DNA of 64,000 nt, taken from the IMG/VR virus record IMGVR_UViG_2700988920_000001, positions 1 to 64,000 of that record. One strand, 5' to 3'. The notes beneath the pieces are model-generated. The model was not told where the DNA came from. It searched no databases and saw nothing but the letters and a program-made list of their open reading frames with translations. The DNA comes from a virus (taxonomy: Duplodnaviria > Caudoviricetes). The translations under genes and the position numbers were made by a program. Below are positions 35,987 through 43,901 of the stretch, piece by piece (position 1 is the first letter of the stretch; each line of letters begins with the position of its first letter).

Positions 35987-37045
35987 ATGCTTAACCTATT
36001 TACCGATCCGCACCTAGGGTTGTCAGCACGTACCAACACGTCAGCCAGCTCAACTAAGCTACTCGATTCGAAGATTAGCCGAATTGCTGTAGGCATTACT
36101 CAGAAGTATCTAAACCTGATTTGTGCAGGCGACTTGTTCCACCGCAGCCACAACCGCGAAGACGTGATCGCTGACGGAATCAAAGTCGCGCAAGGCTGTG
36201 ACATCGTTATCGGCGGCAACCACGACAACACGAGCCGTACGGACGACAAGTCATCACTTGATATCGTGGCTAAGGTTGCTGACTCAGTCCTTATGACTGC
36301 AGTCGGCCAGGTTGAAGTTCACGCAGGTCTGCAGTTTGACTCGGGCGAGATTGTGACAATTGTCCCTCACCACTCAAACCAAGAACTGTTTGACCAAGCG
36401 ATTGAAGAGGCTTGCAAGTCAAAAGGTGACTTAGTCATTCTGCACTGCAACTTCAATAACCCGTTTGTAGACGGCATCGACACAGCGCTTAACCTGACTC
36501 CTGCACAAGCTGAACAACTGCTTAAGTCATACAGCTTCGTCGTCATTGGTCACGAGCATAATACGCGTTGGGAAATGAACAACCGTCTACTAGCTTTGGG
36601 TAACACTCACCCGACAGGCTTCAGCGACATCTCTAACAAATACGTTTGGCACTTTGACAAGACTAAAGAAAATCCTTGGTCTAAGACCAAAATTTGGGAT
36701 AAGTCGACAGGCTTTATGTGTCTGACCGCTTCTGACATCTTCGACCTACCAGAGTCAGAGTTTCTAATCGAAGACGGTGCCACACCACCTAGCTTCGTTG
36801 ACATCGTCGGCGACTTGCCAGCAGAAGACATGCCTGCACTCGCTCACCGTATCGGTCTGATTTGGAAGCACTGGAATCCGTTCATGGTGCGCAACCAGGT
36901 TAACGCGGTAACAGAGAAAACTGAGTCTCTGATGGAAGAAGGTTACAAGATCGAAGACTTCAGCTCTAAGATCATGGACGGCCTGCAAGAGTCGCCTGAG
37001 TTGTTGGTGAAGTTTAAATCTGAACTTGAGAAGGTTGGAGAGTGA
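35987..37045 (+). CDS. SbcD/Mre11-like metallophosphoesterase nuclease
   Basis: DPHLG, GDLFH, GNHD, GHEH. Confidence 0.88.
   Translation: MLNLFTDPHLGLSARTNTSASSTKLLDSKISRIAVGITQKYLNLICAGDLFHRSHNREDVIADGIKVAQGCDIVIGGNHDNTSRTDDKSSLDIVAKVADSVLMTAVGQVEVHAGLQFDSGEIVTIVPHHSNQELFDQAIEEACKSKGDLVILHCNFNNPFVDGIDTALNLTPAQAEQLLKSYSFVVIGHEHNTRWEMNNRLLALGNTHPTGFSDISNKYVWHFDKTKENPWSKTKIWDKSTGFMCLTASDIFDLPESEFLIEDGATPPSFVDIVGDLPAEDMPALAHRIGLIWKHWNPFMVRNQVNAVTEKTESLMEEGYKIEDFSSKIMDGLQESPELLVKFKSELEKVGE
36676..36690. promoter_or_regulatory. palindrome copy 10 (intragenic)
   Basis: TTGGTCTAAGACCAA inside the SbcD-like CDS. Confidence 0.8.
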
Positions 37046-37806
37046 TGAAATATATGGGAAGCAAGGCGAGAATAGCAAAGGACATCTTACCGATAATCCT
37101 TGAGGGAAGAAAGCCGGGTCAATATTACGTTGAACCATTCGGAGGTGGCGCGAACTCGATATGTGAAGTTGACAATCCTAGAATTTATAACGACGTAAAT
37201 GACCTTATTGTTGCATGTCTAAAAGAGGTTTCTAATGGGTGGATTCCTCCTGTTGACATAGATAGAGATTTTTACTCCGAGTGCCGTGACAAGTTTAAAA
37301 CTGGCATTTATTCAGAAGAAGAAGAGCACGTTATAGGCTACGTAGGCATTAACGGATCTTATGGTGGCAGATGGTTCGATGGGGGGTATGCCGGAATAAC
37401 TACAACGAGAGAGGGTAAAATAAGAAACTACCCAGAAGAGGCGTGGAGAAACGTCATGGCGCAAGCCCCCAAGCTTGCTGGTGTAGAATTCCACAGTGGT
37501 TGCTACCTAACTCTGGAAATTCCAGCAAAATCGATAATTTATTGCGATCCACCATACAAGGGAACTAAGGAGTATAAATTTGCGGTAAACTCAGGATTTA
37601 ATTCTGATGAATTTTGGCAGTGGTGTCGAGATATGACTAAAGTAGGCCACTCTGTTTTTGTTAGTGAGTACGAAGCCCCAGAAGATTTTGTTTGCGTGTG
37701 GGAGAAAGGGTTAAGTAGCAGTCTTAGAGCTAACGGCGTGATAAAGGGAGACAAGAAGTCATTAGAGAGACTGTTTATTTACCAGCCTAAAGGGGTAGAA
37801 GAGTGA
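37042..37806 (+). CDS. DNA adenine methyltransferase (D12/Dam-like class)
   Basis: KYMGSK, EPFGGG, YCDPPY. Confidence 0.88.
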   Translation: MMKYMGSKARIAKDILPIILEGRKPGQYYVEPFGGGANSICEVDNPRIYNDVNDLIVACLKEVSNGWIPPVDIDRDFYSECRDKFKTGIYSEEEEHVIGYVGINGSYGGRWFDGGYAGITTTREGKIRNYPEEAWRNVMAQAPKLAGVEFHSGCYLTLEIPAKSIIYCDPPYKGTKEYKFAVNSGFNSDEFWQWCRDMTKVGHSVFVSEYEAPEDFVCVWEKGLSSSLRANGVIKGDKKSLERLFIYQPKGVEE

Positions 37807-38069
37807 TGGAAAAGAAAACAATCGTATCAGCTACTTGCCCTAGACTTGGCGAACGCTTCAACGGTCTGACAAAAGGGTTCAAAGGCTACAAAGACGGTCA
37901 CCACATTTCTACTAACATCGTTATTGAGATGGACATTCTTGAGCGCTGGGTTAAGACCAAGACTGGCAGTAAGTATTACTACGAGCGATGGGACCCGAGA
38001 AATCATGAGTTTCTTGGCGATGATGAGTTCTGCGCTTTCTGTGGTAAAGACAAAGAATCTCATTCATAG
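37803..38069 (+). CDS. hypothetical protein
   Basis: coupled ORF; ISTN..VKTKTGSKY. Confidence 0.6.
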   Translation: MMEKKTIVSATCPRLGERFNGLTKGFKGYKDGHHISTNIVIEMDILERWVKTKTGSKYYYERWDPRNHEFLGDDEFCAFCGKDKESHS

Positions 38070-38076
38070 GTAAACT

Positions 38077-38241
38077 ATGGAAAAGCCAAAAATAACCGCT
38101 AGTGAGGCCAAGAGAAACAGAATACTCGCAGAGACAAAGCGACTTACTGGACTAGGCCTCACTGCAGATCAAATAGCGCGTGAGTTAGGGGTTAAACGAA
38201 ATCTCATCTTGCGTCTTAAAGACTTAACCAATAAGGACTGA
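38077..38241 (+). CDS. small HTH DNA-binding protein (not in ORF track)
   Basis: AGGT RBS; GLTADQIARELGVKRNLI is a classic HTH. Confidence 0.65.
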   Translation: MEKPKITASEAKRNRILAETKRLTGLGLTADQIARELGVKRNLILRLKDLTNKD

Positions 38242-38243
38242 TC

Positions 38244-38702
38244 ATGAAATACCTAGCAAACGGCGTATACAAAGTTAAAGTTACTGACGAAGACGGCGAC
38301 GTAACTGAAATGTTGTCTGAGCTTTCAGACGGCTGTTGGTATGTTTTCGGTAATGACGTAGGCATAGACGAGGAAAACGTGCAAGTCATTTGCCGTATCC
38401 ACTGGGAAACACCAGAAGACAGTTTCTGTATCACCCCTGAACACCCTCGCGCGCAATTCATTGTTGCAGAGATAGACGGCAAAGAAGACCTGCCATACGC
38501 TAAAAACCTGTCTCATATTAATCTAGCTACTCATGAGATATCAGTTTGGTGTGAGAACGGACACCTGACCTACGAAGACAAGGACGGCAACAAAGAAGAA
38601 CACTTAGGCGTAGAACACGTCACGTTTTCCCCTAAACAGTTCAAGGCGTATGATCGTGATACTGGAATCATCTACGCGGAGTGGAATCACTATGAAGCCT
38701 GA
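38244..38702 (+). CDS. hypothetical protein
   Basis: TAAGGA RBS. Confidence 0.7.
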   Translation: MKYLANGVYKVKVTDEDGDVTEMLSELSDGCWYVFGNDVGIDEENVQVICRIHWETPEDSFCITPEHPRAQFIVAEIDGKEDLPYAKNLSHINLATHEISVWCENGHLTYEDKDGNKEEHLGVEHVTFSPKQFKAYDRDTGIIYAEWNHYEA

Positions 38703-38826
38703 AACTTATCTAACCATCGCAGCGGTAGCGACAATATCCGCAATCTTATTCTTTGTAGCCAAAGAGTACGCTGACTGTTCAGGTCAGCTTGTTCGCTCAG
38801 CACTTTGGTTCACTTGCATCTTGTGA
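38692..38826 (+). CDS. small membrane protein
   Basis: MKPETYLTIAAVATISAILFFVAKEYADCSGQLVRSALWFTCIL. Confidence 0.5.
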   Translation: MKPETYLTIAAVATISAILFFVAKEYADCSGQLVRSALWFTCIL

Positions 38827-38832
38827 GGACTT

Positions 38833-39048
38833 ATGAAAGTTAAACTAATGGCCGCGTGTAATCACGCGGCAGTTATCTATCTGCTACTTCCTTTTATGAT
38901 TAGCTGTGCGTCTGCGTTGTTATGTGTGTTTGTGTCAGAAAAGCTACCATACATAGATATGATCGAAGCTATCCTGGTTGTGGCAGTTATCCGTTTCTCT
39001 AAATTAGAGTTAGAGATTAGAAAATTATTGGAAACCAACGAGGACTAA
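38833..39048 (+). CDS. small membrane protein
   Basis: GAGGA RBS; two hydrophobic segments. Confidence 0.55.
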   Translation: MKVKLMAACNHAAVIYLLLPFMISCASALLCVFVSEKLPYIDMIEAILVVAVIRFSKLELEIRKLLETNED

Positions 39049-39050
39049 CC

Positions 39051-41180
39051 ATGATAACCGCAATCCGCACTAACAACTTCAAGAAGCTAGAGAACTTCTC
39101 AGCCTCTTTCAAAGATGGCACCAACCTAGTGTTTGGCGAAAACGGCGAAGGCAAATCAACCTGCTTCGACGCTATTCGCTTTGCGCTGTTTGGCTCAAAA
39201 GGCGTTGCAGGCACAGTAGACAGTCTGACCACCTGGAACAAAGACAAAATGTGGGTAGAGCTGGACATCAACGGCCACACTATCCGTCGCACCTCTTCAA
39301 ACTGTAAGATCACCAAAGACGACGAGGTTGTCGCTTCTGGTAACGCACCGTCGATCAAGTACGTTGAAGACATGCTGTCTTGTTCAGTAAAAGACTTTGA
39401 CTTGCTGTATATGTCGAAGCAGAACGAGACGGCAGGGCTAATCACCTTCGGCGCTACTGAGCTTAACCGTAAAGTTGAAGAGTATGCAGGCGTAGCCGTG
39501 ATCGACAAGATCATTAAAGCGCTTGGCAGCGAAATCAACGGTTGTCAGATTGCTCTTCAAAGTTTTGAGTTTGAGCCAGTGGACGAACTGAAAGAGAAAG
39601 AAGCCAAGCTCAGCGCTGAGATTGCGTCGCTTCGTCCTATCTACGCCCAATTGACAGAGAAGATGAAGACGCTCAGTGAAGAAGCTAACGCCCTGGCGCA
39701 GAAGCTGAAAGATGACCGCAACTTCAATCGAGAGCAAGACGCTATCGCTGCACAGGCTTCAGATCACAACAGCAAGGTAGAAAAACTACAGGCTCAGATC
39801 GAAACGCTTAAGTCTTACTTAGACAAAGCTAACGATAAGCTGCTAGAAGCCAAGGAAGTCGACGCTGATGAACTTGCTTCAGTAAAAGCAGATTTGGACA
39901 AGGTGAAAGCGCTCAACCACGAGCTTTCTCGCTTACCAGTAGCGTCAGATTTAGCGAAAGAGCTAGAAGCAACTAAAGACTACCTTGAGCAACTTAAAGT
40001 CTATGAGGCTGGCGTTCCTGCGTTATTATCGGCAGTAGAAAAAGCTCAAGCAGTGTATGACGAAGCTCGTGACGCGAATGCTAAAGCGCTGAGTGATTAC
40101 AAGAAAGCGTGCAAAGAAGCTGAAGACGGTGTGTGCTATGGATGTAATCGTCCGTTAGAAGGTCACGATCCTGAAACGGCTAAGGTTCACGCCGAAGAAA
40201 AAGCTAAAGCGCTGAACAGCACTAAGTCAGAGATGACTACGGCAAAATCTGAACTTGATGACGCCACGGCCAAACTCAACGCGCACTACAAGACTAACCC
40301 TGGCAACGGTTGGGAAGAGAAAGTAGCACAGCTAGAAGCTAAGATCGAAACGACTAAGCTGAATCGAGAGTCGCTAGAGAAGCGTCTAAGCGGCCTGGGT
40401 CTGGAAGAAACGCTTGAGAGTAAGTTAACTCAGATGCGATCTGACCAGAAAGAGTACTCTTTAGCAATCGGTGCGGTGAACTCGGCGCAGGAAGACCTAG
40501 ACTCAGCCAATGTTCGCATGGACAAGCTGAGAGCGATGAACGTAGAGCAACCACAACCTAAGCGCGATACGGCAGAAGACGAGAATAAGCTGACTAAGCT
40601 CAACGCCGATCTTAACGACGCTATCACTAAGCAAGGTGAAGCGAAGACAGAAGGCGTGAAGGCTAAAGAGCGTTTAACGTCTGTTCAGAATCAGTTGTCT
40701 GGCGCTGAAGCCAACAACAAGAAAATGGCCGAACTAGAGAAACAACTAGATTTGGCTAAGCAATTACGCAAGTACCTGAACGAAGAGCGTGTCAAGTTTA
40801 TGGAAGGTGTGTGGCGCACTATCTTAGGTACAGCATCACACTTTATCAACAAGTCGACTGACGGTTGGATCACCTCAGTTGGACGTAACGATAAAGGCGA
40901 TTTCACATTTACGGAGAATAACTATGAAGCGGTGGCGAAAGAAAGCGCTAGCGGCGCACAGAAAGCGTTTATTGGTACAGCGATTAAAGTCGGACTAGCT
41001 CAAGCTAAGATGGGCTCATCGGCCATGATCATGCTGGACGAACCTACAGCGGATATGCGTGATGACCGCGCTTCTCAGTTGGCGGCAGGCTTAATGATGT
41101 TGCCAGGTCAGAAGATTATGATCACTCACCGTGATTCTGAGCGCATGATCGCGCAGAATATCATTCACGTAGGCGAGTAA
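39051..41180 (+). CDS. SbcC/Rad50-like ATPase
   Basis: GENGEGKST, coiled coil with CYGC Zn hook, SGAQ, LDEPT, ITH. Confidence 0.92.
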   Translation: MITAIRTNNFKKLENFSASFKDGTNLVFGENGEGKSTCFDAIRFALFGSKGVAGTVDSLTTWNKDKMWVELDINGHTIRRTSSNCKITKDDEVVASGNAPSIKYVEDMLSCSVKDFDLLYMSKQNETAGLITFGATELNRKVEEYAGVAVIDKIIKALGSEINGCQIALQSFEFEPVDELKEKEAKLSAEIASLRPIYAQLTEKMKTLSEEANALAQKLKDDRNFNREQDAIAAQASDHNSKVEKLQAQIETLKSYLDKANDKLLEAKEVDADELASVKADLDKVKALNHELSRLPVASDLAKELEATKDYLEQLKVYEAGVPALLSAVEKAQAVYDEARDANAKALSDYKKACKEAEDGVCYGCNRPLEGHDPETAKVHAEEKAKALNSTKSEMTTAKSELDDATAKLNAHYKTNPGNGWEEKVAQLEAKIETTKLNRESLEKRLSGLGLEETLESKLTQMRSDQKEYSLAIGAVNSAQEDLDSANVRMDKLRAMNVEQPQPKRDTAEDENKLTKLNADLNDAITKQGEAKTEGVKAKERLTSVQNQLSGAEANNKKMAELEKQLDLAKQLRKYLNEERVKFMEGVWRTILGTASHFINKSTDGWITSVGRNDKGDFTFTENNYEAVAKESASGAQKAFIGTAIKVGLAQAKMGSSAMIMLDEPTADMRDDRASQLAAGLMMLPGQKIMITHRDSERMIAQNIIHVGE

Positions 41181-41190
41181 ATTAATGGGT

Positions 41191-41205
41191 TTGGTCTGAG
41201 ACCAA
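41191..41205. promoter_or_regulatory. palindrome copy 11
   Basis: TTGGTCTGAGACCAA, symmetry extends to GGTTTGGTCT-G-AGACCAAACC. Confidence 0.9.
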
Positions 41206-41226
41206 ACCTTTATTTTTGGAGACACT

Positions 41227-41874
41227 ATGAAAACAAGACTAATTGGACTAACTGGCCTGGCCGGACATGGCAAAACAGACGTAGCGAACCTACTGGCAGA
41301 AAAGACAGGCTTCATGAAAATCGCTCTTGCCGATCCAGTAAAACGTGCAGCAGCAGGTATTTACGGACTGCCTGTAGAAGTGTTCTATGAAGGTGGAAGT
41401 CAGAACCCAGAATTCTGCCGCAACACTACAGTTATCGAACCTTACGGCCTGACAGTACGTCAGATGATGCGCGGAGTTGGCGACGCTATGAAGACGCAAC
41501 ACGGGGGCGACTTCTGGATTAACATCACCAAGTGTGAGGTCCAACGTCACCTGGAAGCAGACCCTAATATCGCTGGCTTCATCATCGAAGATGTTCGCTA
41601 CGATAAAGACAATCCTTGGGGACCGTCAGGCAGTGAGTACGACGCGGTAAAATCTTGGGGTGCTAAAATCATCCACGTAGACGCTGCTGATCGTATTGGT
41701 CGTACTGATGTTCACAACTCTCACTGCTCAGAGAAAGGAGTTAACCGACTTGAAGATGACATCGTTATCGACAATAATGGCGCTCTAGACAATTTACCAG
41801 GCATCATCGACATGATTGTGTCTGACCTTCGACTAAACACCCAACCAGTTACACAGGAAACACAAAATGACTAA
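41227..41874 (+). CDS. deoxynucleoside monophosphate kinase
   Basis: IGLTGLAGHGKT, ALADPVK, IEDVRY, HCSE. Confidence 0.85.
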   Translation: MKTRLIGLTGLAGHGKTDVANLLAEKTGFMKIALADPVKRAAAGIYGLPVEVFYEGGSQNPEFCRNTTVIEPYGLTVRQMMRGVGDAMKTQHGGDFWINITKCEVQRHLEADPNIAGFIIEDVRYDKDNPWGPSGSEYDAVKSWGAKIIHVDAADRIGRTDVHNSHCSEKGVNRLEDDIVIDNNGALDNLPGIIDMIVSDLRLNTQPVTQETQND

Positions 41875-42262
41875 ATTAAAGCTAAACCCAGAACACCAAT
41901 CAGCAGTAGTAGCAGGATTTGCTGAGTTTGTTGAGACAGTTGACCTCGGAAAATATCAGTCGCTTCAGCCTAATCGCGGCCGAGTACTGATTAAAAAGTA
42001 CAAAGACGATCCGAAAGAAAACACAAGCGAAGGCGGTATCGTTCTTAGCGGCGAAACTCAAGACGCTATGGAAGTTGGCGTGGTAGTGGCAGTTGGCGAA
42101 GGTCTGCTGACAAACACAGGAGCGGCTACTGATCTAGGTTACGCACCTGGCGACGTCGTTTTCATCCCTGAACACTTCGGCCATGACTTCCAATTCGGTG
42201 CAGATCGAGAGACGGTTCTTTCAATTCTAGCTTCGGATATCATCGCCAAACTGAAACAGTAA
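41867..42262 (+). CDS. GroES-like co-chaperonin
   Basis: LQP..GRVLIK, EGGIVL, GVVVAVGEG, GDVV, DIIAKL. Confidence 0.85.
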   Translation: MTKLKLNPEHQSAVVAGFAEFVETVDLGKYQSLQPNRGRVLIKKYKDDPKENTSEGGIVLSGETQDAMEVGVVVAVGEGLLTNTGAATDLGYAPGDVVFIPEHFGHDFQFGADRETVLSILASDIIAKLKQ

Positions 42263-42294
42263 TTGCGATCTAAGTATAAAGTGCTAAATTTATG

Positions 42295-42321
42295 GCCCCG
42301 ACGTAACAGTCGGGGCTTTTT
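42295..42321 (+). terminator. intrinsic terminator
   Basis: GCCCCGAC..GTCGGGGC-TTTTT. Confidence 0.8.
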
Positions 42322-42382
42322 CGTATGTCAGACCTGTGTAAGAATAGTGTCGCCCCTACAATGCAGACGGAGGTAGTTTTAT

Positions 42383-42754
42383 ATGGGTGGTGAAAACGAT
42401 TCACAAGAACTTGCCATCGTTCGCAATGATTTGAAGCACTTAGGAAGAAACCACGACAAGTTAGGACAGAAGGTTGACAGCATAGACGAGAAGATTGAGA
42501 AAATTTTCTCTTATATGGCTGCTCAGCAAATCCTTAACGAAAACGCAGAGAAAGAGCGAGAGCGTATATTCAAAGCGTCTACCATGTTGCCAGTGGCTAT
42601 CCTAACTTCAGTTATTTCGAGCGGAGTTAGTTACTTAATGACCAAAGCACCAACCCAGAATGCACCCACCCCACAAAGTCAAACGTACATTATCCCCAAC
42701 AGAGAACAGAAGCAGTTCGACGAGCTGCGAGTGCAAACTAATGAAGGCCCGTAA
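42383..42754 (+). CDS. coiled-coil plus single-TM protein, holin-like candidate
   Basis: GGAGG RBS; heptads, then MLPVAILTSVISSGVSYLM. Confidence 0.4.
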   Translation: MGGENDSQELAIVRNDLKHLGRNHDKLGQKVDSIDEKIEKIFSYMAAQQILNENAEKERERIFKASTMLPVAILTSVISSGVSYLMTKAPTQNAPTPQSQTYIIPNREQKQFDELRVQTNEGP

Positions 42755-42766
42755 AGGGCCTTTTTT
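42744..42766. terminator. terminator at convergence of the two arms
   Basis: AAGGCCC-gtaaa-GGGCC-TTTTTT. Confidence 0.7.
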
Positions 42767-42767
42767 A

Positions 42768-43901
42768 TTAGTAGTCGTCAAAGTAATCTGTGCCGTATAT
42801 AAACGGTTGACCTAGGTCATCTCCGGTAGTTCCAAACCACCCAAACCTTGTGATGGTTACAGAAGGTGCAGTATTTACTCTTGATAATGTGCCAGAAGTC
42901 CACGTACCGTCTTGTTGCAGCCATACAGAAGTAGGCAGTGCTTCGTTCTCTATGACGGATATGCCGAGGTCTCTTCCTATCAACATAGGGTGGTTTGACA
43001 TGTCCTGAGCGCTAAGCTTGTCCCCGGCGGCTTCTCCCATTTTATTAGCTGAAGGCGGATTACCTGGCACTGTTGGAGTTGGGTTTGTTAGTGTACGTCT
43101 AGTTATCAACGGAGGCCTTGAAGTGTGCATTATGCACTCTCCTCTTCGGTTGTATAACGCCATACCGTAGCCTGACACAGGGTCAGGATTTTTAGCGAAT
43201 GCAGCTAATCTAACCACTCCTGATCTAGGAGTAGTCTCATTTAGCCAATTGTTAGAAGTCCAGTCTGTATTCCAGTACCCGCCAGTACGGTAAAGACTTA
43301 TATGCCACGTCCCTCCGCTTGAGAACACATAAGTAGATAGACAGTTGTAGCCACTATCAGACACAAAAACAACAGGAGCCGGGCTCGAAGTAGATAAGCC
43401 TGTGTTATACGTTTTAGATTTTCCGGCTCCGATCGACCTGTCTGTGAACTTGAACACCAGAGCTGCGACACTAGAGTCTTGGTTAATGGCTGCGTTAATG
43501 CCAGCAGGGTCATTCATCACGGCCAGGCCGTAACCACTTATAGAGGATGGAGGGAGGGTAGCAAATATATAGAACCTGATCGTTTTACCAAGATTAGGGC
43601 TAGATGAAGAGATGTATCGCCAAGTAGCCATAGCCACGTTTACTGTATTCCCTTCTACCCAGCAACGAACGCTGTACATGTCTAGGTTTGATCCGCTTCC
43701 TCCGTTTGTTTTAGAAGTTTGTGTATCTGCATACGCGTACAGTTTTGCCCCAGAAGGAACATTAGCCATAGTTACCGAGGTAGGGGTTTTGTCAGATCTA
43801 GTAACAAAATCAACGTACCCTAAATACACAGGAGGGTACCAGCCAGAAGATATGTCTATGTCAGGGTATCCGTCAAAGTTTATTTTAAGTCCGTAACTCA
43901 T
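42768..43901 (-). CDS. tail tip/receptor-binding accessory protein
   Basis: repeated (S/G)YG(L/M) modules; lies downstream of central tail protein. Confidence 0.55.
   Translation of the reverse strand: MSYGLKINFDGYPDIDISSGWYPPVYLGYVDFVTRSDKTPTSVTMANVPSGAKLYAYADTQTSKTNGGSGSNLDMYSVRCWVEGNTVNVAMATWRYISSSSPNLGKTIRFYIFATLPPSSISGYGLAVMNDPAGINAAINQDSSVAALVFKFTDRSIGAGKSKTYNTGLSTSSPAPVVFVSDSGYNCLSTYVFSSGGTWHISLYRTGGYWNTDWTSNNWLNETTPRSGVVRLAAFAKNPDPVSGYGMALYNRRGECIMHTSRPPLITRRTLTNPTPTVPGNPPSANKMGEAAGDKLSAQDMSNHPMLIGRDLGISVIENEALPTSVWLQQDGTWTSGTLSRVNTAPSVTITRFGWFGTTGDDLGQPFIYGTDYFDDY

Noticed and set aside
37946-37960. CTGGGTTAAGACCAA as a palindrome copy
   Set aside because: Three mismatches; only a half-site
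1142-41205. Palindromes as a CRISPR array or integron attC sites
   Set aside because: Spacing is kilobase-scale and irregular, there are no spacer-sized intervals or GTTRRRY cores, and no cas or integrase gene is seen in the window
21192-41874. Modified-base (e.g. Z-genome or deazaguanine) pathway suggested by MazG and dNMP kinase
   Set aside because: No PurZ, Que/DpdA or hydroxymethylase genes recognisable in this window
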